From Tubulanus polymorphus (Eukaryota > Animalia > Nemertea): a stretch of 64,000 nt of DNA. Position 1 is the stretch's first letter. Each line of letters opens with the position of its first letter. Positions 27,265 through 39,624 of this stretch are shown here, one piece after another. The DNA is taken from contig NC_134026.1 in NCBI RefSeq assembly GCF_964204645.1, positions 15,348,150 through 15,412,149 of the forward strand, in the 5' to 3' direction. Made by a program: the position numbers and the translations under genes. The notes below the pieces were generated by a model. That model searched no databases and had not been told where the DNA came from. It saw nothing but the letters and a program-made list of their open reading frames with translations.

Positions 27265-27607
27265 CAGGAATTGATTTAGCCAACTCAAAGAGACCACAGA
27301 TTTTTCTCAGAATTAAGTAAATACGTCCCAGTTAGCGGAGGTATAGTTTAGGATTAGAAAGACAAATTGATAACTTCTTGGATAAGCTACATAGATCTAC
27401 GTTGCTACAGAGCTAGTTTTGCTTTTTAGCGATAATTAATTAGAGAGATAGTCATAAGAAAATCTTCAAAAACCGAAGACTGTAGAGAGGGAACAATATC
27501 TGACCGCCCGCCCACCTGGACGTACACTGGCAACAACAATAACCCTCGAGTCCTGTGGTAAAAGGGTTACAAGTAATGACATTACTTAGCTTAGTACTGA
27601 ATCTTAC

Positions 27608-28475
27608 CTCGCCACCATAAATGTTGACCATCACCATAATCAAATCGCAATTCATCACCGATATCAATATCTTTTGTGGCAAAGAGACACAAATGAGACA
27701 CACCAAATCTGCTGACTTTCTTCATGACACAGTTACTCAATTTATGGGGCGCATCGTTGATCATCCTTGCCATGGCTGATGTAGTATGCATAGCATCAAT
27801 ACTGAAAACATTTCATTTTGATTACTATTTGTCAAGAATTGTTATCATTTATTCACCTAGTATGTGAAGTCTACCAATAACAAATCAATAATCCATTTTT
27901 TATTGTTAAAAGTGAAGCTTGTAGGCCTAATGATCACTTACCATTCAAGTTTCTTTCCCACTTGATAAAAGTACATATAACAGCGTTTTGAACGATAGCG
28001 CTTCTCCCGCTTTGTAGCTTCTTCACCATTTATATACTCGCCACGATACTCGAGAACAAAATCTCCTTTTCTGAGGTCTTTAAGACTGAACACACCGAAG
28101 CCTATAGATACAGATAATATCAGTATAAGTAAGATCAGTATGATTAAGATTTTTCAGCTTTTACGGCTGCAAAAAGACAATATAATGATGACTTAATACA
28201 CTTTGATATGATTATGGATACCAGCTATCCAAGATACTTAGTCAAAGCGTATAAAATTCCATATTATCATCAATTGTAGGAAATATAAGATATAGGCCTA
28301 GTTAAGACAAAATTGCTACTGAAAATGAAGAAAACATAGAAGATGTGAAAGGAAAAACTGCAAATATCGCCTACCTATTTCATCATTAATAAATTTTACT
28401 TCAAAACCAATTGGATCACAGGAGTTATCAATGTATTCTTGACAAACTTTGGATGGTGGCACCCTTCTCCTTTTC
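27608..28475 (-). other. SET domain exons (PR-Set7/SETD8-like lysine methyltransferase)
   Basis: GFGVFSLKDLRKGDFVLEYRGEYI...CYMYFYQ...CIDA...ARMIND...HLCLFATKDIDIGDELRFDYGD, matching the canonical SET motifs GxG, YxG, RxxNH/D and ELxF/YDY. Confidence 0.88.
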
Positions 28476-29981
28476 CTGTACAAATGTATTATACATAAAA
28501 TAAATTAAATAATCTTTATCTCTTTTCCAGTTGGCATCGATCTGATGACATTTTTTGTTCTAAAACTAAAACGTCGCGACTTATGCCCCCAAATCAGGCG
28601 ATACGCCTGAGTGTAAAATATACCCAACACGTTGTGGGGCATAAGGAACCACTTAGCTCTGATGCATTTAGTACTAATTACGATTTTGGGAGTGCCCCTT
28701 TACTTTATGAGCATGTTCTACAGAGTAGTAGAAACCAAATAAAAGTGGAAAAGGTGGTGTGGGCTATTTTCGGGCACTCCCCAAAAAGTTCCTTCATTCT
28801 ACATTGTTAGTATTGATATATGGGCAGCATTCACAGCATTCAAGTTGTTAGAGCACATGTGAGTTAAGTGAACAGATTTATGATGTGTAGGCGGGTCAGT
28901 ATACCATTGACCTACATTCGCAAATTGTAATGTAAATGTTTTTCTTCTCACCATTGCAACCACTCGACATTTCTTATGTGTTATATAGATTGAATAGCAT
29001 AAAATAGCATGCAGACTGAGAATAAAAAGCATGCTTTGACTGGCTTGTCATCTAGTTTTGGTTAAGGGGGTTCGAACACGCAAGCACGTGGGTGCTAGCA
29101 CAGCGCTCCAGCCATACATTTGTCTACATTTGTTTCTTTAATTAATCAATTCATACATGGAATTGATCAATGGAATGGATTGAATATATTCACGCTGAAT
29201 AAACTGAATAACAAACTACATTCCTTGCCGTCCGCATGTGAATTCACTCATATAAACCATATTTGCAAATTGTGACTCCTAAGAAATTTCAAACTACAGA
29301 AATATTTTAGCCATACCTGTACCATGACTTTTCATTAATAAACAATACCCTATGCCAATTAACAATGATTCACACGAGAAAGATCACATATGGATGGCAA
29401 CGATGATCGTCAAAATACGCGCCAAAGTGAACTGTTGTTTTAGGTATGAAAAAATCTTTCATCTAATTCCATTTCTATGTGCCATGTTGGGTGGGTTTAA
29501 TTTGCCGAGAGCTCAGCTGTTGAACTCAAAGGATAATTTTCTAAAAACAGGGTAACATTCGCAACTAGAAATAAACCAAGTACCTCGAAATATTCACTAA
29601 AAGAAGGAACAAAAATCCAAATTATTTACTTCAAAGAGCAAAAACCTGATTGTTGATCATAATGATCTACTAAAACGATGCTTATTTTAATAAATAGCTG
29701 GCAAATCTTACCTGCATCAATAGTAGCAGGCCTCTTCTGCAAAAACTGCTTTTTAACCTCTCTGTTCAATGCTTCCATCTTTAAGCCATGCGCTGGTCAA
29801 ATAAAAAAGCCACACACTTATTAGTAACTAAGACAACATACAAAAATAACTAGATGTTACTAGACCTAGGCCTAGATGTAAAATAATTTTTGAACAGAAA
29901 AATTAAGCGGTACATCACCATTAGTGTGTTAGTATAGAAGGGAATAAATTCATCAGTTAAATGAGATAAATATGTACGGTA

Positions 29982-30407
29982 CAGCCCAGAAGAAACTTAA
30001 CTCCATTTTCGTTTGCGTTTAGTTTTATATCGCTCAAACCGCAGTTTTTTAGTTCCGAACGCGTTCGACACACGTTAGGGACGAATATCCATTTCAGAAC
30101 TACGCGTTTTGCTGCACGCTTATGGGTACAACGAAACCTTGAACGCCCGTATTAGGCGTTCATAATGTTACTGCATGTATTTTACCATGTAGTCACCCGA
30201 ATACAAGAAGATGCACTAGAAAAGAAGGGAGCTGCTATTAATATGTATAATAATATGATGTGCGCGCGCCAGACGCGTTGAATTTGAACCGCGGTAGTAA
30301 CTAGTTTGATTCGCGTTTCTATTTCGTTTTATCATAAACAAAAAACGAAAACGCAACGATCTCCAACGAACGCCGGACGCGTTATGAGTTATATTACTTC
30401 TAGGCTG
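29982..30407. mobile_element. MITE with TA-flanked TIRs (Tc1/mariner-like)
   Basis: ta|cagcccagaagaaacttaactc ... gagttatattacttctaggctg|ta. Confidence 0.55.
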
Positions 30408-30699
30408 TACCGCACGTATAGCCTATTTTAAAACAGGGAAAAATAAATTGGATAAAAAGCAAATATGGCACCCCAAGTAGCTTGACATACCTACAGGTTT
30501 AACCTTACAAAACTTAACATCAACTTAAGACACCTGTAATGATTAATTATGGTAAAACAACAAACCAATTTCAGACTACTGACTAGTTTTACCCACAGAT
30601 AAACGCATAAGCAAAATAGCTGCCATCTTTTTGACAACCGAGACAGACTTCTGACTATCGTGACTGCACACCACAAGTTACGTGTTATACATTATTTAA

Positions 30700-31245
30700 A
30701 CCCAGTAACATAGCTATCCCACACTGAGTTTGTACGCATTAAGTTGTGGGATATACATAAACGTGGCATAAATCCAGCAATAGAGCTTAGATAACTGTGT
30801 GTGGACACAATTTGTGGGATATACATTATCTTATCCTAGAAACATAGCTATCCCACACTAGAAACATAGCTATCCCACACTGAGTTTGTACGCATTAAGT
30901 TGTGGGATATACATAAACGTGGCATAAATCCAGCAATAGAGCTTAGATAACTGTGTCTGGACACAATTTGTGGGATATACATTATCTTAGCCTAGAAACA
31001 TAGCTATCCCACACTGAGTAAGTTGTGGGATATACATACATGGCATAAATCCAGCAATAGAGCTTAGACTATGTTGACACAATTTGTGGGATATACATTA
31101 TCTTATCCCAGTAACATAGCTATCCCACACTGAGTAAGTTGTGGGATATACATACATGGCATAAATCCAGCAATAGAGCTTAGATAACTGTGTCTGGACA
31201 CAATTTGTGGGATATACATAATCATAACCCAGTAACATAGCTAAT
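30700..31245. repeat. Minisatellite, ~4 units of ~120-150 bp
   Basis: Repeated acatagctatcccacactgagt...aagttgtgggatatacata...ggcataaatccagcaatagagcttaga...cacaatttgtgggatatacat. Confidence 0.9.
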
Positions 31246-34200
31246 TCAGACAACCGAGATTGTACAAGCCTAGTGTACATCAACACTGCGATCGGGGGAT
31301 ATACTCTACATGGCAAGAATTTAGCAAAATTGAGCTTCACATGAATATAGCCTACATCCAAGTAGTGGAATGACAGGGTTCGTAGTTGTCAGGCCCTGGT
31401 TAAAATCAAGACTATATCATTTATGAAAAGTGGAAATCAATACTTTTTTAATCAAATGCGCATATTATCAACAACTATCAAGCCTAAACTTGAGTCCAAT
31501 ATAAAGTTCATGACAAACAATGATTTCTTAACACAACTACCAGTATTTTCCGGCAATTAAGCCGACTGGGTCAATATGCCGAGGGCAATTTTTAGCCTAA
31601 AATACATGGATTTCTTTAAACTTCGCCCAATAAGCTGAGGCCCTTAATCGGGAGATTTTACTTCACTTATTATCTCAAAATACACGGACTTGAAAAATTT
31701 GCCATTTTTCATATGAGTTTTGCAGGTAAAGAATGGCCTACTTAAATGTGCTTAGGCCTAATACCATACATTTTCATTTTGAATAAAAAGAACATTGCAA
31801 GTTGTGGGATATAGATTTAAAGTTAAACCCGGAAAACATCCATATTTCTAATTCTGTCTTTGATTTTTCCAGGCCTACTCAATTTTGGAAATCGTTCAAT
31901 TTCGTAAAAATAACAGCCCAAACTATCCCAGATTAGGTGAAGTCTAGACCTTTTGTAGCTCTAATAAAGACAACCTAAGCACACTAAGACACTATCTTGT
32001 GTACTTACTAGTAATATTTCAGGATTTTGTAGTAACTACTTGCCTAATTTATGTTTAAATGAATTAGGGGCCATTCATAGAATACAAACGGTTGACTTCT
32101 GTGTATTTCAACCCCTCCCCCATGAACACTGTCTGTACATTTTTATAACCCCCTTGCGTACATACTTTTATGAATGACCCCCTTTGTAAAACTGAACCGT
32201 TCGAATCCTTAAACCTCATCTAATGTGGAATCAAAACAGCAGTTTAAACAATTTATCTATCCACAACGTACCGGGGTACATGGATTTACAGCAGAGGATA
32301 TTTGCAAAAATCACATTGTGTTTCGTGCCTAATGTACAAACTATAAACTCTCCCCCTTAGAAAAGTAGGAACACGTTGAGCTCACCCCTCCCCTGTACGT
32401 TTTGACCGGACTTTTAAAACAACCCTCCTCCTACGTGAGTACGTACTTAATACGTAGCCCCTTATTGGTATTGATGTCTTGGATTTAAATTAGGTTGTTT
32501 GCCCAGACCTCTAAGCCTAAATGGAACTTCACATGCTCGCTATGTATCGTATAATATCATTCTTAATCAACGGAATCGCCTAATTTAGGCTTATATGATT
32601 GACTTTAGAAGTTTTGCATTTAGATTAAGATAGGCCTAGGCCCTAAAGGTTTTCAAAAAATCTGACTCTATTTTTGTTAATCAGTATACTCGAGTAAATG
32701 ATTATTCTTAGAACAGGTTCCTACTTTGTAGTGGTGAGTGCATCATGCTCATTGCACTTGCATGATGTGTATTGATCCACTTATCGCTCTGAACAAAAAC
32801 CATAGGTCCAGATATCAGCTAGCCTATTCAGTACGTTTTTTATTTCATATCTTCAGGACACTAGAAAGAGGCTTTTTAGCCTGGACTTTGTCTCGTGATC
32901 GTCACGATTTTTGAACCGGAAGCCATATTGGATGGGCATTTAAAGTAAAGATTTAAACAATGTGCCATGAACCAATTAATTTGAGAAAAATATAAATTTC
33001 TTGTTGATTTCAACAAACAAATTTGGCTAGCATTAATAACGGTTATTAACCCCAGTGACAGTTGACAAAATTCGAAAAGTTTTTATGCACTGATTACCCT
33101 TACATCGTTTCAGCAAACACTTTATACAAATCTTCACTTAGATTTCCCAATCCTTCGAAAGATCATCACGATTCAGATATAAAAATCATTCGCACGGACC
33201 CGTGCGGATTACTCTGGAGGTTATTCGTACGGAACTAGGATCTGCACGCTAATAACTGTCGCTGATTAAGGCCACACCTGCGTACAGAGGTGCGCGACTT
33301 AGAAAACTCAAGAGTCTCACCTTACCCTAACCCTATCCCTTCCATACGAATAATTCCAGAGTAATCTGTACGAGTACGTACGAATAGCCTCCGGAATTAT
33401 TCGTACGCGTCCGTACAAATAGCCACTTCGTATAAAAATTGGGCCAAAAATCTAATTTCTATTGAAGATATCATAATATAAATCACTGCATCACTGCATT
33501 CTGAAGCTAGAACAGAGATTTGTTATTCAGTAAAATGCAGCAATAAATCGCGAGAGGTGCGGAAGATACAAACCCGAAGATACACCCTTTGAATGCTGTA
33601 TTTGTGAGAAAAACATGTACTATGGCTATGCTATTTCATAAGTGGCCTATGTGAACACTCAATTTTCAGAACTTCGACTTACTGTACGTACCGCGTATGC
33701 TTCGTCGTAGTACACTCACACTGTTCAATTCGTCGATTTTTTAAAAATATTGAAACGATGAGTGCGACAAAAAATCCTTCACCGATTTTGATGATCCAGG
33801 GCTTTCTGGTCGCAGAATAGTCTATATTTCACGGTTTTGCAGTTATTTGGCTCATCCACGCATAGTCAGTAACCTGTCTGTGGTTTTGTTTCACGATCGG
33901 ATATTTTCACAAACCACAGTCAGGAATGGGAAGGTCATTTTTGCAGGCAATTTTCGTCGGCCAATTTGACTGACGAGTAATTTGCCTGGCATTTCATTGT
34001 TTCTTAAGATATCCGTCTAATTTTTGTTGTAATCAACGCACAACAGATTCGTAGTTTGTCTGATACCTATAATACCTCACCTGACGATCTTAATCCATGT
34101 GCAAATCGGCCGTAAAGTGAGAGTAAATTTCCGTCGATTCGACGGTGGCCATTTTGAAAACTTGTGGAGGGTGCTGGCACCTGTGGTCTGAGACTAGGAC

Positions 34201-35077
34201 AACTACACAAACTAACAAAACGAAACGACGAAATTGAAAAAAATTAAGAAATCAACACTAATTCATATTTTTCTTCAACCAGAATTTATTATTTCATTAT
34301 TTTTTTTATGGAAAATATGAAGATTTGAAATATATGTTGGAAAACCATCAAAAATAAAAATTGTCGTTTCGTCTTGGAAGTTTTATATAAATCCTTTTAG
34401 GTCACCTTGTCTATCATGCCACCTGTGTAACAGAGAAATGGCGGAATTTGAGGAGAAATTAATTAATTTCTCAAAATAATGTCCATCAATCGCTCGAAAC
34501 ATACATAAAATTGGATTATTTCGAAAGGTACCTGTTTTAGTTTGTGAATGAAGCCATTAATTGTGGACTGAAGTCAATAGAAAATATATTTTTGAAGTGT
34601 TACTTTTTTCAACCATGTTTTGGCTCTTGTCATCCCTAACGTTGGTATAAGCCAATCCGATTATAAAAAGCTTACCACCAACGATTAGGTAACTAACTAA
34701 TCCACGCAATGATCCGACTGTGCACACACGATTAATCTGATTTCCCGTCACAAACTCTATATCACGTTCGCCATTCACCGTCAAATCAATTCAATTCAAT
34801 TTTATGCTTCTTTAACCGAAATGGCTCAAGGCCGTTTCGGTAGTTCATAGACATGCCACTACTACATTTTGGCAGCACCATAGTATATATATATATATCC
34901 AATCTAGTATAAAACCTTAAAATGCGCCGATATCATATATGAGACATACATCCCCTGGGGAGGACTGAGCCGCTTGGAAAAAAGTGGGATATTTTTGTAT
35001 ATCCCACTTTATTAGAATATCCCACAACAAAGGTTTTATATAGACAGTTTTCTCACATCTTGCCATATCTCTTTCCA

Positions 35078-35079
<2 letters not shown>

Positions 35080-35142
<63 letters not shown>
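35080..35142. repeat. (TA)n microsatellite
   Basis: Pure TA run. Confidence 0.95.
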
Positions 35143-35145
<3 letters not shown>

Positions 35146-36281
35146 TTTGAGCTAGTGATAAGAACTCTAATCCAAAATTATTGTCATTGAATTGATTAAA
35201 TTAGATGATTACTTTTGGGTTAGTAGTCATTAGAAAAACATTCAAGCACGTATGGATGTGAGTGATAAGAACTCACAAATACTAATTAAATATAGATTAA
35301 TATATATATTATCATTGGGAATCAATTACATAATCAATTAATCACATTTGCCTCGGTATTTACTGGATTTACAGTTGAACATTGCTCATTTAATGTTTTT
35401 TCCAAGTGTTTTATGAAAAGATGTATTTGTATTGGAGCTTTAATCGGGGATATAGCGGTCTGGGTGACATTTCCATTTGCTTTAGATTAGACATATATCT
35501 TAAAATTGTTCTTGCTATTATCAGTCAAATGCATTTTATATTTTTTCTTTTTATCATGTAAATTATGTAAAGAAATTAGAAACTATGGTTTATAATAAGC
35601 TCGATAAACATAAATCAATCAATCAATCAATAGTTTAATTTTAACATATTCATGTACACCTGAAATCAGTTCAAATGCAAACTAAGCTATAACTAATTTT
35701 CATTGTTTTCCTGATAAAATTAAAATAGTTTTATTTTCTTTGATCTTTTTTACTTAAATATTCATGTACACCTAAAGGTGAGCTGAAATCATGCAAACTA
35801 AATTATAACTAATTTTCATTGTTTTCCCGATCAAAGGATGATAGAAGCAGCAAATTGTCTTACTTTGATCTTTCAACAGTGTTAAGCTGAAATTAGCATG
35901 AACACATTAGACATAATGATAATTAATGAGTACTTTGCCATTATGACGCAAGTAATGATGGCACAGGTAAATGGGACGGGGCAAGCGGTACCACCAGTCA
36001 TATCATTACCAGACATCGTTAAAACATACGGATGGCCGCTCAGTGAGCTCAATCTAACTGGGCTTCGTGGACTTATTCCATAAATCGTCTTGATCTCTAA
36101 GATGCGGGATGGATCGAAGGTGGAAATCTTAAAATTTACATACTAGAGTGACATATGTGGCGTTACGCCAATCTCTAGTTCTTCTGCATTTGTTCAGTGT
36201 TAGTTCCATATTATCAGAGTGGTAAAAGCTTGGTATTGCTAGTGAAGTCAATTTGAATCTTACTATCTTGTTCTATTGTAG

Positions 36282-36368
36282 AGGGGGATTGAAAGCATAA
36301 TATTGATAGCGGATGATGAAGAAGCTAAGGTGGTCATGGACAAGCATCCTCCTCTTAATGTCAGAGAG
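36282..36368 (+). CDS. SMC6: SMC6 internal exon (hinge region)
   Basis: ttgtag|...|gtaaga, 87 nt, phase 0. RGIESIILIADDEEAKVVMDKHPPLNVRE resembles SMC6 [30 protein letters not shown]. Confidence 0.88.
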
Positions 36369-36724
36369 GTAAGATTTCATAAGACTGCACAATAGTAACT
36401 CAACCATTTGATTGAGAAAAAGTGCATTGAATTCAAAATTAACTGTTGAATGGAACATTTTTTTCCAAAGTCGTTTTTGAACATTTGTATTTTTTTAAGT
36501 CAACAGTGTTCAGCTAATGCGTGAAATAACTTTTATCTCATTAATTTTGCCCGAATGAAAATGATATATTTTCTGTTCATGAAACATTTCGAAAAATACA
36601 TTTTGATAAAGAAATACATATCTTTGCTGAAAAATATATTTCCATATGGAAAATAATTATACACAAAAAACTAATTTTTATACATGAAAATACATTTTAT
36701 TTTTCTTAAGGGATTGGGTGGTAC

Positions 36725-36935
36725 ACTTGAAGTATACTTACCAAGTACACTATTCCGTGAAGTGCACTTTCCCAATGATAAAGTGCACTAACTTTACAAA
36801 AGCAGACTCAATGAGTACACTTATTGAGTACTCTATTTTGTGAAGTGCACTTTCCCTATGATAAAGTGCACTAATTTCACAAAAGTAGACTCAATGAGTA
36901 CACTTTGAGTGAACTTTACCCACGGATGTGCACTT
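36725..36935. repeat. Short degenerate tandem repeat of AAGTGCACT/AGTACACT motifs
   Basis: Two ~83-bp units (gtgaagtgcactttccc.atgataaagtgcactaa.tt.acaaaag.agactcaatgagtacactt) plus scattered motif copies. Confidence 0.7.
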
Positions 36936-37739
36936 GAATTGAAATTTATTTTCATAAGGGTATATTCATGATGAGTCATGCAGTTGCATGTAATTATTAC
37001 GTGTGTATAATGCTGAGACCTTTTCATTCGACAGATTTTCATAAAGTTTACTTGGTTCATCTATTAAGGTTACTTTCTTAAATATTAATGCACGGACCCC
37101 CTGAACATGATGTGTTTCCATCACTCTTTAAGGTAATTCCAGTTTCCGAATGAAGTTTCTGCAAACTAAGTCATGGAAATGATCAAATAAAGACCTCGGT
37201 GGCAGATTCAGACGGGAACACAACATGCACGTGCTCTTGTCGCAATGTATATTCCTATGCCATTTTGAAAATACAACGGCAATATTTTTCAGGGCATTTT
37301 TTCCACCAGCAACTAATTAGATGCCTCAGTACCTAGAAATTGTATGAAATTGCACTGAAATTTCATATTTTTAAACCCTTGTTTTGATTGCATGGATACT
37401 TACATGGATATTTAAAAAAATATAAATTGATTGATGGACAGGTCATTTATGATTGAAACTGCCGCGTCAAGCCCTATGGGGCTCTTGTTGATTTGCTGCA
37501 GCTAAATGCCGATTTTGGACAGGTTCTATGTATTGCCGCAGCATATTTACTTAATTTCTTCAAAAACGTATTCAAAGAAAAAAAACGTCATTCAGTAGAT
37601 TATTGCCGCAGCTTTCGCCGCTGCAGTCGCTGCACTTCCAACGCCACTGCATTGGGTTATGGTCACCATGGGGTGTTGAATAACTTAGTATTTCCTTTTT
37701 ATATTGGTACCAGTATAGGCATATTTTGTTATCACAATC

Positions 37740-37955
37740 CAGGTATAAAACATGCCCATTTTCAAAAGATTACTCGGAACTTACGCGGCCGAGCAACTGC
37801 GCTGCTCGGTTTACTGCTCGGACATTCTGCTCGGTTTTGATAAATTAGCCCCGCGCAATATGAGCTGCTCGATAATCTCTGCTCGGAACTCTGCTCGGTT
37901 TCAATCGTTTGTAGATCCGCGCAAATACGAGCTGCTCGGCATGCTGCTCGGAATT
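37740..37955 (+). repeat. Left terminal inverted repeat, rich in TGCTCGG motifs
   Basis: Near-identical reverse complement of 47191-47394, with an extra 12-bp aactctgctcgg duplication. Explains the twin ORFs 37752-37967 and 47116-47382. Confidence 0.93.
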
Positions 37956-39624
37956 ATGCTCGACTAGGTGTTATGTCAAATATTGCGGAGAACCGGGATT
38001 TCCCCAGATACTCAGTAGGCCTACTCCACCGCTATAGCCACATATATACTGCATGGGCAGAAAAACTTGTATACAGGCCGGGGATTTTTGACTGAAATAT
38101 CATATCGCGACCGAGTGACTTATCGTGAAATTTCATGTCTCTCTACTAATGATATAGCGAATCGCACTCTTAGGCGAGAACGACGAAGTCCGAAAAGTTT
38201 ATCTAAGCTATTGATGTCTCCGTTAAACCATAGGCCCCTACATTTAAATTATTCACTTATACAAGAAATTGCTCAGCTCGAATATTCGTTCAACTTGAAC
38301 TATTTTCAAATTCCTTTCAACTCGCATATCTGAACGACCTCCCGGCAGCAAACACAAGTATCGATTAAAGACATGCACGTGTTTACTGCTATATTAGTAG
38401 GTTACCGATAGTAACAGTAGAACGATACACGCTACACAAAATCGCCCACAGAGACATTCAGTTCATTAAATCATGTTTTTGGAAGGTGGCTAAAAATCCC
38501 CTTTAGGCCATTCAAATTTGATACCGTGTTTCTCATTTTTTTAACATTCAATATTTATTTCATGAAGAAAACGATGTTTACAAAAATTACATGCGTCTTA
38601 CAATCACCATGCAGGCATTATAGCAAAACATAAAAATACATTTATATATATAAATAGATAGCGGTCATTGAACACGCCAAGCTCAACACGCGGGAGAAAT
38701 GTTATATATATTATGAAAAAAATACATTGTTTCATCAACACGCGCGTCGGAAAAATCATTGACGAAACTCTAGTAGAAATAAAACGAGCGCTCCCGCGTC
38801 TAGTGTAATAATTTATGTTGGTTTTTTTATAAAAGACAAAATACTCCCGCCCACATCAATAAATGATTGTTCATATGATCTTATTTCTTGTCGTGCTTGG
38901 AGATGGAAGAAAATGTCTTGAAATGCGCTTTGTCGGCAATGAATCAGGTGATTTTGTGTAGATCGGGGTTCCAAGTCCATTGCTCTGGCATGCGGTGATT
39001 TCGATCCCTCGAGATGCCATATTTACTGCATTTTCTACCGAAATAAAAATAAAAAGTTGACTCCCTCATGCTCTTTTTCAATACTCCTCCAAATATTTAA
39101 TTTCAAAGTTTTTTTTAAAAACAGGTTAAGTCAAATAAACACCTGTCTGCCTCCGTCACTTTTCATTACAATAAAACTTTTCTCATAAAGACTGCGAACT
39201 TCTTGGTAGTCAGTTTAACCATTGAATCTAAAACGAACTAAAGCAGTTAAGAATTAAGCCGAAATGGATGTTATCTTAGAATTGGAACAAAACATGTCAG
39301 ATTCAAGGGTCTCATTGACAATTTAGAAAGTGAGACACTATTTAAACAAAATAAGATTTGACGACAGACGGAATAACATCGATCGATTGTTGAGTAACAA
39401 CAGTATAAGCAAATACGCGCCTAGAAATGAACAAGTAATTTAAACTGTTAATTAATCAATTAGTGCAGGCCTGTGGGAAAAAATTGGTGTGGGACCACCC
39501 TATAAAGCCCAGTCCTCTAGTCATAAATTCATTTGCGTTCATCAAGTCAACTACACTTTCATTCACCTGCGTACACTTGCGGATAAATAATAACTTAATT
39601 AGACCAGCTACAATAAATCACAAC

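Larger units (their letters stand above)
18423..28475 (-). pseudogene. SET-domain / tyrosine-recombinase fusion gene (Crypton-like element ORF), one in-frame stop
   Basis: Phase-compatible GT-AG exons: 28375-28475, 27942-28101, 27608-27801 (SET); 26869-27096, 26213-26434, 25381-25653, 24494-24748 (acidic repeats); 23850-24082, 21514-22526 (CxxC motifs, NKRRVAE; TAG at 21951-21953); 21121-21264 (VRGK...NPYLFAR); 20510-20645 (TKKMRKYLAT); 20084-20279 (HMGHSLNIHMDHYR); 19870-19908; 19378-19443; 18423-18613 (KRKGWSEDEK, Myb/SANT-like). The 5' exon is unresolved; a candidate at 29712-29778 is not phase-compatible directly. Confidence 0.82.

Noticed and set aside
27608-28475. Host SETD8/PR-Set7 orthologue
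   Set aside because: The motif is divergent (RMIND), it splices in phase into the acidic and YR exons, and it is nested antisense in another gene's intron; no gene symbol assigned.
30700-31245. CRISPR-like repeat array
   Set aside because: The sequence between motifs is itself repeated (no unique spacers), there are no cas genes, and the context is eukaryotic.
37752-37967. Twin ORFs MPIFKRLLG (also 47116-47382) as duplicated genes
   Set aside because: They are translations of the two TIRs.
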